The notes under the pieces were generated by a model. It was not told the DNA's origin and made no database searches. It saw only the letters and a list, made by a program, of their open reading frames with translations. Both the position numbers and the translations under genes were made by a program. Shown here piece by piece: positions 1 through 8,639 of a stretch of DNA of 64,000 nt; position 1 is the first letter of the stretch; every line of letters begins with the position of its first letter. This DNA comes from a bacterium (GTDB taxonomy: Bacteria; UBA8248; JACPRG01; G963555815), in NCBI GenBank assembly GCA_963555815.3, contig CAUVWX020000001.1:256001-320000 (forward strand), given 5' to 3'.

Positions 1-1370
1 TGTCGGGCCGAGAAGATGGCGTTGCTGAAATCCATCCCCACCATATGTCTTGGGCCAAACCCAGCCGCATAGTAGAGGTGGCGGCCAAACCCACAGGCGG
101 CATCGAGTCCCAACTTACCCTGGAAGAACTCCGGTTGAACCGGGTGAATATAATTCAGGAAGTGCTTCTCATTGGCAGGGGCCATGTCCGGGAAATGAGT
201 CCACTGGTAGTCAAAGCTTCTCTGGGTCTTCTGCTGAAGGCGAGAGAAGCGCGCGGCGTCCTTCTTGAACTTATCCCGCCCCGCCAGCTCCAAGATCTCA
301 AAGAACCGCGAGGCATTTCTCCTGACCGAGTAGTGGGCCTCGACGGTCTTCCGCCCCTCACGGCCCATGCGCCGACGCAGGGCGGAATCCGAGAGGAGGC
401 GGGAGATCTTCTCCACCCACTCCTCGGGCGTTTGGGCCACAAAACCGTTTACCCCGTCGGTGACGATCTTGCGGTTGACCCCCACCGGAGAGCAGACGAC
501 CGGGATCTCCATGCTCATGTAGAGGAGGGCCTTGAAGCCGCACTTGTAGCGTTCCCACTCGTCGTCCCGGAGGGGCATGATGCCGACGTCAAAGGCCCGA
601 AGGGCCTCATACTCCCTCTCCAGGCACCAGGGGATGCCCTGGATCCGGCTTCGGTCCAGAGGGCCGTCATACTCACCGCCGACGACCTGGATCTCCAGAG
701 TCGGAAATCGGGTCAGAAGCTCCCGAAACACGTCATCCAAGGCCCTAAGATACGGAGCAGTGGTGCGGCTGCCGATCCAGCCCAGGACGAGGCGGTCCTG
801 GGTGGACGGATCGGGGGGGGTCCCATCCACCCGGTAGGTGTCTGTTTCCACTGGGGTCGGGAGGACATGGACGCGATCGTTGAACTGAAGGGCGTACTCC
901 TTCAGAAACTCGTTTCCCGCGATGACGTGGGAACTCTGGGCGATGAGGCTCGCCACCTTGCCCGGCCGCTTGAGAAAGGAGAGGAGACGCCGGCCGAAAG
1001 TGCTCTGGTCTTTGAGGAAAACCGCGTCATCGAAGTCAAAAACAATGGGCCTTCGGATGCGCCTGATAAGATACTGGCTGAAGGGGGTCCAGATGGGAAA
1101 GGCCCGGCGGTGGATGACGACGAGGTCATATCGGTTGGTCCTCAGGAGGTTCCAAAGGCGCCGGATCGCCCCCCACACAGAACGAACTACCTTTTCAAAG
1201 AGATGTCCCCTCTGGTAGAGGATGGCGTAAAGACGCTTGGACATAAAGGGGCTGACCTTCCACCGAACCCCTCGGTCCTGAAGGTAGGAGAGATACTGCT
1301 CAATACGGAGCCGATTGCTGGCCCCTTCGGTCGGATAAGGAAGAAGAAAAAGGACTCGCACCGAAATCAT
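1..1370 (-). CDS. GT4-family glycosyltransferase fused to a C-terminal class I SAM-dependent methyltransferase domain (runs off left edge)
   Basis: Hand translation from ATG 1370 (GAGGGG upstream) is open to the window edge: MISVRVLFLLPYPTEGASNRLRIEQY, FDFDDAVF, LGWIGS, DVGIMPLRDDEWERYKCGFKALLYMSMEIPVVCSPVGVN, then SFDYQW, GLDAACGFGRH, VGMDFS. The + strand ORF 45-1421 is its shadow. Confidence 0.85.
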   Translation of the reverse strand, partial: MISVRVLFLLPYPTEGASNRLRIEQYLSYLQDRGVRWKVSPFMSKRLYAILYQRGHLFEKVVRSVWGAIRRLWNLLRTNRYDLVVIHRRAFPIWTPFSQYLIRRIRRPIVFDFDDAVFLKDQSTFGRRLLSFLKRPGKVASLIAQSSHVIAGNEFLKEYALQFNDRVHVLPTPVETDTYRVDGTPPDPSTQDRLVLGWIGSRTTAPYLRALDDVFRELLTRFPTLEIQVVGGEYDGPLDRSRIQGIPWCLEREYEALRAFDVGIMPLRDDEWERYKCGFKALLYMSMEIPVVCSPVGVNRKIVTDGVNGFVAQTPEEWVEKISRLLSDSALRRRMGREGRKTVEAHYSVRRNASRFFEILELAGRDKFKKDAARFSRLQQKTQRSFDYQWTHFPDMAPANEKHFLNYIHPVQPEFFQGKLGLDAACGFGRHLYYAAGFGPRHMVGMDFSNAIFSAR

Positions 1371-1558
1371 GCCCCTCGTATTAAAATGCCGAAAACATCT
1401 TATCATATAGGGGTAAAATAGGCCGTAAGGAAGGGCCGCGCCCGCCGGAGCCCGTGGAAAACGAGGTCCTTCCAGCCTCGACGTTCGGTTCAGATCCGAT
1501 GTCTGCTCGCTCCCCTCCTCGTCCCCCTGGGAGCAGAGGCCCAAGAGAAGGATCCGCC

Positions 1559-2336
1559 ATGAGGTTTTTGCCAAAAAAGATTTGGATCCCCCCTCTGGCT
1601 GTTCTCTTAGTCGGCGCCCTCTTCTTCTGGCCGGCGAGCACCCGGATGTCGGTGGACTACAAGTTCCAAGAGACGAGGATCCCTCTTGGCCTGAAGACCC
1701 TCGACTTCTTCAGGCGGCATCGGGCCCTCGCCCGCCTAACAGAAAGTCTCGTAGAAGAGCGGGATCCCCCCCCTGGAGCGTCTCCTCTCCCTGTTCCAAT
1801 GGACGGTCGACCGAATTGCGCCCCAACCGGAGGGTAAGCCTGTCCTGGACGACCATATCCTGTCCATTATCGAAAGGGGCTATGGCGTCGGAGAACAGAG
1901 CGCCGACGTCTTCACCACCCTTTCCGTCTACGCAGGGTTTCCGGCGGCGATAGTCCTGGTCGGGCCGCCGGGATTTCAAGAGATCAAACTCTCTCTGGTC
2001 CAGGTGGGGGAGGACTACTTCCTCTTCGACACGGCGCGGGGGAACTACTTCCCAGACCCGGACGGGAGGCCGGCGAGCCTTCGTGCCCTTCAAAAAGACC
2101 CCCGTCTTGCACAAAAAGCGCCTCACCAGCCTCTCATCAAGGGGGTCAAATACTCCGCCTATTTTGAAGACCTGGGCGAGTTTCCAGGTTTTGACCGGAC
2201 ACTGCGGGGGGACCTTCAGATCCCCTGGCGACGGTCGCTCCATGAAGTGAAGCGGGCCTTCGGCTTCGCCCGTGAGGCGTCCCTCTTCTACCGGCTCCCG
2301 GCTCGTCCCCTCAACAGCGGCGAGGGGTCAGGATGA
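1559..2336 (+). pseudogene. Membrane-anchored transglutaminase-like hypothetical protein, frameshifted at a C8 tract (1766-1773)
   Basis: N-terminal TM segment (MRFLPKKIWIPPLAVLLVGALFF). Removing one C joins it to the frame LERLLSLFQWTVDRIAPQPEGKPVLDDHILSIIERGYGVGEQSADVFTTLSVYAGFPA, which is continuous with ORF 2004-2336. Confidence 0.6.
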
Positions 2337-3323
2337 GGCGGTAGTCTGGGCGGGTTCGCTTGCGAATCTAAGGTCCCGCTCATGAAAGGGAACAGGAAGG
2401 AGATAGGCGAGACCCCCCAAGAGGCGGATAAGGATAAGGAACCCCAGGGCGGTCACCGAGAGCGCCAGCATGCTCTCCGGGGGGACTCCGAGGCTTCCGA
2501 AAAAAGTCACATAGGCCACATCCCGGAGGCCAAGGCCGCTGAGGGTGATGGGAAGAGCGGCCACCCCGTCCGCCAAGGGGACAAAGAACCAAAAATAGAG
2601 GAAGGAAACACCCAGATTCCGACCCACGATGAAGATGGAAAGGGCCCAGAAGGATTGACCGAGGGTCGCCAGGAAGAGGACCCCGAGAGAGCCGAGGGGG
2701 AGGCGGCGAAAGAGGGAAAAACCCTCTTGGATCTCGCTCAAGTGATGGCTCACCCGGGGCCGGCGAAGCAGGGGGAGCCTCCCGAGACCTCCCACGATCC
2801 TCCGGCTGCCAAGACAGGCCGTTGCCGCCAGGGCAACCCCGCTCCACACGGCCACGGCCGCCAGCAGATTGACCTCCAAGATGGCCCCACCAAGGAATAC
2901 AGAGGCAAGCAGGATGGTCATCATCTGGCCGACAAATCCACTCACCCGGTCCATCACAACGGCGACGATGGCAAAACCGGATCTCTGGCTCCTCCGCGAC
3001 AGGTAGTAGATCCTCCAGGCATCACTCCCCAGCGTCCCCGGAAGGGCAAAACCGAAGAATTGACTCACGGCCCCAAGCCAGAGGACATGGGGGCCCGAGA
3101 CTTGAACCCCCTGAAGACGCAGGATGAGCCAGAACTTGAGGGCCCGAAGGAAGAGGACCCCGATAAGGGCGCTTAAAAACCCAAGGGCAAGGGCCGCGGG
3201 TCGAGAGCCTGCCAGCGCAGACCCAAGGGCCCGGGGGTCAATCTGACTGAAGGCAAGACCGAAGATGGCAACGCTCAGGGCCGCCCGCCAGACAGCAGGA
3301 TGGAAACGGGAAAAAATTCTCAC
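2328..3323 (-). CDS. Lysylphosphatidylglycerol synthase TM-domain / flippase-like membrane protein (UPF0104)
   Basis: Multi-TM protein with FALPGTLGSDAWR, MDRVSG and LPITLSGLGLRD motifs; GTG 3323 overlaps the upstream stop. Confidence 0.8.
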   Translation of the reverse strand: MRIFSRFHPAVWRAALSVAIFGLAFSQIDPRALGSALAGSRPAALALGFLSALIGVLFLRALKFWLILRLQGVQVSGPHVLWLGAVSQFFGFALPGTLGSDAWRIYYLSRRSQRSGFAIVAVVMDRVSGFVGQMMTILLASVFLGGAILEVNLLAAVAVWSGVALAATACLGSRRIVGGLGRLPLLRRPRVSHHLSEIQEGFSLFRRLPLGSLGVLFLATLGQSFWALSIFIVGRNLGVSFLYFWFFVPLADGVAALPITLSGLGLRDVAYVTFFGSLGVPPESMLALSVTALGFLILIRLLGGLAYLLPVPFHERDLRFASEPAQTTASS

Positions 3324-4576
3324 CGGGCGACCTCCATCGCCCACGTCCAGTGCTCTTCTGGAATCTGAAGGATCAGAGATTTATCCCATTGTCCTCCAGC
3401 CCACGTGTAGCGGTTGATCTGACCCTGAACATCCGCCGACGCATAGAGCTCGTTCTTTCCATCGCCGTCCATATCAGCGATGAGAAGAGGATGATTGATG
3501 CCGGCGCTCTCGCGGTCAATCAACGTCTTGTCCCAGCGTCCCCCCTGGCGGTCAAAGGAAAGGAGCCAGAGACCCGCGCTTCGGGTCCCCACGACCACGT
3601 CCGGACGCCCGTCATGATCGGCATCGCCAACGGCGATAGCGCGGGAGCTCGTATCAGGGATCTCGGCCAAAACCTCGGAGGTCCACTGGTTGTCTTTCCA
3701 CCGATAGGCCTTGATCCGAACGGGTTCCAAAAGCTCCACACGGCCGTCGACCTCTCGCGTCACTCCTTCCACAGCGGCCACGAGCTCAACCCGCCCGTCG
3801 CCGTCCAGGTCTCCCGTTCCGATCTCCTTCGCGTGGGTCTTCGAGAAGGACTCGACAACCGAGACTGTATAGCTATCCCCCTGCCAGCGCCAGGCGGCAA
3901 TCCGCCCCGGCTGGGGTTTTCCAGAAAGCACGTTTGGATGGGAGAGCGTGGCGAAAAGGTGAGGGGGGCCTTCTTGCGCCATCGGCGCGATGACAATCTC
4001 GTGGACCCAGGTTCGGTCCTCGCGATTGAGCTCGAGGGCCTTCCAAGTCCCTCCCTCCTGCTTGAGGACGGCGACCACGCCCTCGGGATGGGTCCCGATG
4101 ACGATCTCGGGATTCTCGTCCCCGTCGATGTCCCCCACCCTGAAATCCCGGATGCGTGAGACACCCTGTTCAGTGGAGGACTCCCAAAGGATCTGAGGTT
4201 GCCAGTCTCCTCCCTCCTTCCGATATAGCTTCAGGAGGGGACGATTTCCGCCCGCCGTCAGAAGGGCCTGGCGGCCATCTCCGTCCAGGTCGAGGAGAAG
4301 GGCCCGATGAATCACCTGAGAGTCGGGGTCCACGATCTCGGTGAGATCCCAGAGGCCGTCCGGCTGAGACCCCGATCTGAGGAGCCAGACCTTTCCGGGA
4401 CCGGCCCGAATTTTCTGTTCCCCGCCGACCTGAAACCCATTCACCCCAACTGCGATCTGGTGAACCCCTGAAATGGGTCGCCCCTCCTGGGCGAAAGCTG
4501 CTGAAAACCCAAGGAGGATAAAAAACGCAAGAGATCGCGCGAACACGACCTTTTTGATCTTCAAATCCATTTCCAT
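3320..4576 (-). CDS. Secreted FG-GAP/VCBS repeat beta-propeller protein
   Basis: Signal peptide (…SAAFAQ) and repeated DxDGDG motifs (DLDGDG, DIDGDE, DLDGDG, DADHDG, DMDGDG). Confidence 0.8.
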   Translation of the reverse strand: MEMDLKIKKVVFARSLAFFILLGFSAAFAQEGRPISGVHQIAVGVNGFQVGGEQKIRAGPGKVWLLRSGSQPDGLWDLTEIVDPDSQVIHRALLLDLDGDGRQALLTAGGNRPLLKLYRKEGGDWQPQILWESSTEQGVSRIRDFRVGDIDGDENPEIVIGTHPEGVVAVLKQEGGTWKALELNREDRTWVHEIVIAPMAQEGPPHLFATLSHPNVLSGKPQPGRIAAWRWQGDSYTVSVVESFSKTHAKEIGTGDLDGDGRVELVAAVEGVTREVDGRVELLEPVRIKAYRWKDNQWTSEVLAEIPDTSSRAIAVGDADHDGRPDVVVGTRSAGLWLLSFDRQGGRWDKTLIDRESAGINHPLLIADMDGDGKNELYASADVQGQINRYTWAGGQWDKSLILQIPEEHWTWAMEVAR

Positions 4577-4916
4577 AGGACCAAAACCTACCACGCAGGT
4601 CTTGTGCCCGCAAGCATGAAGGAGATTTGACGCGTGAAAAGAGCACTCTTGCCAGAAGGCCAGAGAAACTCCCTGATTTTTGAAGCCAGGACAACTTAGG
4701 AGATGGACAGGAGGGTCAACTTTCGGAAGAAAAAATTTCCACGCGAAGCAGCGCTCGGTTGGGGCACCCAGAATTTCTTTGGCTCAATCCTCCTCCCCCT
4801 CAACGATGACTTTGAACCTCGGGGGCCTGTGCGAAAGCCCCGAAGACCAGCCAAGGCATCAGAAGAACCCACATAAAGAAAATTCTGACAACCCTCATCT
4901 TTTCGCCTGCATTGTT

Positions 4917-6410
4917 TCAGACCTCTGTCTTCAGCCCCTGGGCCATCTCGATGTCTTCGCTGTGATTGACGGTCCAGGCGATCCGGTGGGTGACGGCGTC
5001 CACCAACGCGCTGGCTGAAGGAAGGCCGGTGCCGCTCTTCTTCATCCCCCCGAAGGGAAGATGGACCTCAGCCCCGATGGTGGGGAGGTTGAAATACCCC
5101 AGCCCGAATTCGCACTCCCGAAGGACGGTCCTCGCCTTTCGATAATCCTGGGTGATGACGGCCATGGAAAGGCCATATTCGGTGTCGTTATAGATGTGGA
5201 TGGCCTGCTCCAGCGTCTTGTAGGGGATGAGGGCCACGTGAGGGCCAAAGACCTCCTCTTTCAAGACGCGGGACGAAGGTTTGTGGGGAAGGACATAGAC
5301 GAAGGGAGACATGAACCAGCCTTCGCCCAGGCGCCCGTCCTCCATGCGCCCTCCCTTCAGGAGGACCTCGGCCCCCTCCTGCTCAGCGAGGTCGTTATAG
5401 TACTGCACCTTCTTCAGCCCCGCCTCGTTGATGAGGGGGCCCATGAAGGTGTCTTTATCGAGCGGGTCTCCGATCTGAATCCGTTGGACCAGGGGTAAAA
5501 AACGTTCAGCGAAGGGCTCGAGAAGCGATTCGTGAAGGATGACCCTTCCGGCCGACACGCACCTTTGGCCTGCCGTCTTGAAAGCGCTGAGAAGGCACGC
5601 CTTCAGGGCGATGTTGAGATCGGCGTCCTCGTCCACGATGAGGGCGTTTTTTCCCCCCATCTCGCAGGCTGCCATCTTGTAGGGACCGTCCGCACAGACC
5701 CGCTTGATCTCCGACCCCACCTCATAGGAGCCAGTGAAGAGGACCACATCGATCCCGGGGTGGCGGACAAGGGGTGCCCCCACTTCCTCCCCAAGGCCGT
5801 GGATCACGTTGACAACACCGGGGGGAAAGCCGGCCCGGTGAAACAGATCGGCTAGGCGATGGCCCACCAGGGGGGTCTCTTCAGAAGGTTTGAAGACGAC
5901 GGTATTTCCCTCCACCAGGGAAGGCCCCAGGAGCCATAGGGGAACGGCGAAGGGGAAGTTCCAGGGGGTGATGGCCGCCACCTCCCCCTTGGGTTTCCTC
6001 AGGATGAAGGCGTCTTTTTCGGCGATCTCGGAGGAGACGACATATCCGTGGGGCATCCGGGCTGTCCCGAAGACATACTGGGCCATGTGGATGCCCTCAG
6101 TGACGTCGGCCCGGGCCTCATTGATGGCCTTCCCGCACTCCTGGGCCATCGTCCTGGAAAGGTCCTCATGCTCGTCCCTGACGAGCTGGACAAAGTTGTC
6201 AAAAAACTCCCCCCGCCGAATCCGTGAAGTGCGCCTCCAGGCGGGATAGGCCTGCTCCGCCGCCGAAACGGCCGAGCGCACGTCAGCCTCGCCTGAGCGT
6301 GGAAAGACGCCGATGACCTCCTCCCACCGGGATGGGTTTCGGCTCTCAAAGGTGGCCCCCCCTTCGGCCTCCCGCCACTCGCCGTTGATGTAGTTGTCAC
6401 CTTTTTTCAT
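4917..6410 (-). CDS. Aldehyde dehydrogenase family protein
   Basis: ITPWNFP, FKPSEETP, FTGS, EMGGKN, GQRC, EEVFGP and PFGGMKKSG motifs. Confidence 0.93.
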   Translation of the reverse strand: MKKGDNYINGEWREAEGGATFESRNPSRWEEVIGVFPRSGEADVRSAVSAAEQAYPAWRRTSRIRRGEFFDNFVQLVRDEHEDLSRTMAQECGKAINEARADVTEGIHMAQYVFGTARMPHGYVVSSEIAEKDAFILRKPKGEVAAITPWNFPFAVPLWLLGPSLVEGNTVVFKPSEETPLVGHRLADLFHRAGFPPGVVNVIHGLGEEVGAPLVRHPGIDVVLFTGSYEVGSEIKRVCADGPYKMAACEMGGKNALIVDEDADLNIALKACLLSAFKTAGQRCVSAGRVILHESLLEPFAERFLPLVQRIQIGDPLDKDTFMGPLINEAGLKKVQYYNDLAEQEGAEVLLKGGRMEDGRLGEGWFMSPFVYVLPHKPSSRVLKEEVFGPHVALIPYKTLEQAIHIYNDTEYGLSMAVITQDYRKARTVLRECEFGLGYFNLPTIGAEVHLPFGGMKKSGTGLPSASALVDAVTHRIAWTVNHSEDIEMAQGLKTEV

Positions 6411-6490
6411 CTTCCCTCACCCCCCTCTCTTTGACCACTCGCAGAGGGAAGTCTCAAATCGTGGGGGCCAACCGAAGATCTCATTGAGCC

Positions 6491-8065
6491 CTACTGCGCC
6501 CCTTCGGTCTCACGGAGAGGGATGTCTCCCGGGGATTCCTTTTCCAGCTCCTGCACAGCCGCCTCCAGGACCGACATGGCGATCTCGATCTCGCGGCGCC
6601 GGACATCGAGGGGTGGGAGGAACCGAAGACCTCTCTCCCCACATCCAAGGGTCAGGAGGCCCCGCCTAAAGGCCACCTGGACCAGGGCGTCTCTGAGCTC
6701 TTCCGTCGGAAGGTCTATCGCCGCCATAAGGCCAAGAGCTCTCGGATTGCAGACGACGGGGTGTCTCTCCGCCGTCTCCTGGAGCTGACTGAGAAGGAAG
6801 TTCCCCTGAGCCTTGACGTTCTCCAGAAGCCCTTCTTCTTCGATGACCTCAACCGTCCTGCACCCGACGGAGGTGGCCAAGGCCCCTCCTCCCCAGGTGG
6901 TGGAGAGAACGCCAGGCGTCACGGGAAAGTCCCGGCGCTTTCCTATGACCGCCCCCACCCGAAGGGCTTTGGCCGAAGTAATCAGGTCCGGCTTGACTCC
7001 GAAGTGTTCGCAGGCCCACCAACAGCCTGTCCTCCCCAGGCCTGCCTGGATCTCGTCCATGATCAGGAGGGCTCCATGCGCCTGGGTAAAAGCGGCCACT
7101 TTCGTCAGAAATCCCGGCTCGGGAAAGACAAATCCCCCCTCTCCCTGGATGGGCTCCAGTATCACAAAGGCCAGGAGCTCTCGGGGGATCTTCCTTTCTT
7201 CGAAGACGGTCCGGGCGAGCCTCTCTTCCCGAAGCAAGACGGTCAGAGGAGTCGGATCGATAAGAGACTCAAGATTGGGGTCATTGAAAGAAAAATGTCT
7301 GATCCACCGTAAGGTGGAGAGGCCTTCCTTATGGATTCGCCTGCTGTGGGTGGCGGAAAGGACGTCTAGGGTGCGCCCATGAAACCCCCCCCGGGCGGCC
7401 AGCCCAAAGAAGGGATAATCCTCGTAGAGACCAGGAAAGACGGGATTCTCCTGGATTCCCATCTGGTGGAAGAGCTGGCGAAAGCCTCCCTCTCCCAGCG
7501 CTGCCCGGACATGACGAAACCGCCGATGGAGGGCGATCTTGATGGCGTTCGAGGCGGCCTCGGCGCCGGAATTGGTGAAGAAGACACAATCGAACCCGAA
7601 GGGCCGGGCCGTCTCCAGAAGACGCTCCTGGAGATGGCCTGGGGTCCGAACTTTCAGAGCCCCTCGGGGCTCCGAAACGGCTTCACCAGGCGGAAGGGGA
7701 CCGTCCGGCGAAGAACCCGCCGCCAGATAGGCGTCGTGGTAGGCGGGCTTGAAGGGGTCAAAAGGAATCCCGCAGTCCTGAAGGATGGTCTGGTGGTTAT
7801 ATCCCAGGGGGGCTGCCGCCACGTGGCTGTGAAAATCGAGCAAGACGTTTCCATCCGGGTCGCTGCAGAAGGGACCCTCGGCGGGAGCCAGGACGTCCCA
7901 CACAAAGGGGTAGGGATGGGTGGAGGGGGCGGCGTAGCGCACATAGTGCTCGACCCACCGCCTGGCCCTAGGGCCGGGTAGCTCCGTCCTGAGATGAATC
8001 TCAGCCTTCTCTCGCCAGGCGGCGGGGAAGACATCTGACTTCTCCGGTACGACCCCTTTCAACAT
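6491..8065 (-). CDS. Class III PLP-dependent aminotransferase (GabT/lysine-6-aminotransferase-like)
   Basis: DFHSHVAAAPLGYN, NSGAEA, FHGRT, EPIQGEGG, DEIQAGLGRTG, SAK, STTWGGG. Confidence 0.88.
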   Translation of the reverse strand: MLKGVVPEKSDVFPAAWREKAEIHLRTELPGPRARRWVEHYVRYAAPSTHPYPFVWDVLAPAEGPFCSDPDGNVLLDFHSHVAAAPLGYNHQTILQDCGIPFDPFKPAYHDAYLAAGSSPDGPLPPGEAVSEPRGALKVRTPGHLQERLLETARPFGFDCVFFTNSGAEAASNAIKIALHRRFRHVRAALGEGGFRQLFHQMGIQENPVFPGLYEDYPFFGLAARGGFHGRTLDVLSATHSRRIHKEGLSTLRWIRHFSFNDPNLESLIDPTPLTVLLREERLARTVFEERKIPRELLAFVILEPIQGEGGFVFPEPGFLTKVAAFTQAHGALLIMDEIQAGLGRTGCWWACEHFGVKPDLITSAKALRVGAVIGKRRDFPVTPGVLSTTWGGGALATSVGCRTVEVIEEEGLLENVKAQGNFLLSQLQETAERHPVVCNPRALGLMAAIDLPTEELRDALVQVAFRRGLLTLGCGERGLRFLPPLDVRRREIEIAMSVLEAAVQELEKESPGDIPLRETEGAQ

Positions 8066-8239
8066 CCACTCTCAAAGGAGAAAAAAGCCTCTTTCCTGCA
8101 GCGCCGAGCAACCCTTGAACAGGGCTCGGCACCCAGTCCTAATTCCTGCACTATATATGTCCTTCCCTTCCCATGGATAGATTATTTTTCAACCCGGCAC
8201 CCCCTAAGCCAGCCCCCATATCTTGTCACCCTCTCCGCC

Positions 8240-8485
8240 TTAGCCGCGCCCTACCCCAGGCTTAAAAGCCTTGGCACACCGCTGGCTGCAAAAGAGGCGC
8301 CCCCGACGGGTGACGGCCATCGACCGAGGTACGTAGGTGCCGCACACCGGGTCCTGAACCAACTCCTCTTCCTGGGACTTCGAATGACCACCCCCTTGCG
8401 CCCTCGGCGACCTGAAAGACCGATACATCCACCGAATAGCCCAAAAGAGGAGATAGCCCAGAAAAAGATAGAGGAAAAATCGCAT
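8240..8485 (-). CDS. Small membrane-anchored YHS/TRASH-like metal-binding protein
   Basis: N-terminal TM followed by QDPVCGTYVP…FCSQRC. Confidence 0.75.
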   Translation of the reverse strand: MRFFLYLFLGYLLFWAIRWMYRSFRSPRAQGGGHSKSQEEELVQDPVCGTYVPRSMAVTRRGRLFCSQRCAKAFKPGVGRG

Positions 8486-8639
8486 GGCCTGGACCCGGAG
8501 CCTATAGGATCATTTCCGCTCTTCGCCCTGGAGGGGCGGCCTCACCACCAAAATGCCAGAGAGGACCGGCCCGTGCAAGGTTGAATTGGAGGGCGATGGG
8601 CTCGGGGCGATATAAGCTCAACTGAAACGAACGAGAGAT

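Noticed and set aside
45..1421. 458-aa + strand ORF
   Set aside because: Antisense shadow of the GT-methyltransferase gene; no motifs.
4800..4898. 32-aa signal-peptide-like ORF on the - strand
   Set aside because: Too short, no recognisable continuation; at most a gene remnant.
8090..8215. Hairpin and GG-N10-GC spacing upstream of the aminotransferase as riboswitch or sigma54 promoter
   Set aside because: No recognisable riboswitch consensus and a weak match to TGGCAC-N5-TTGC.
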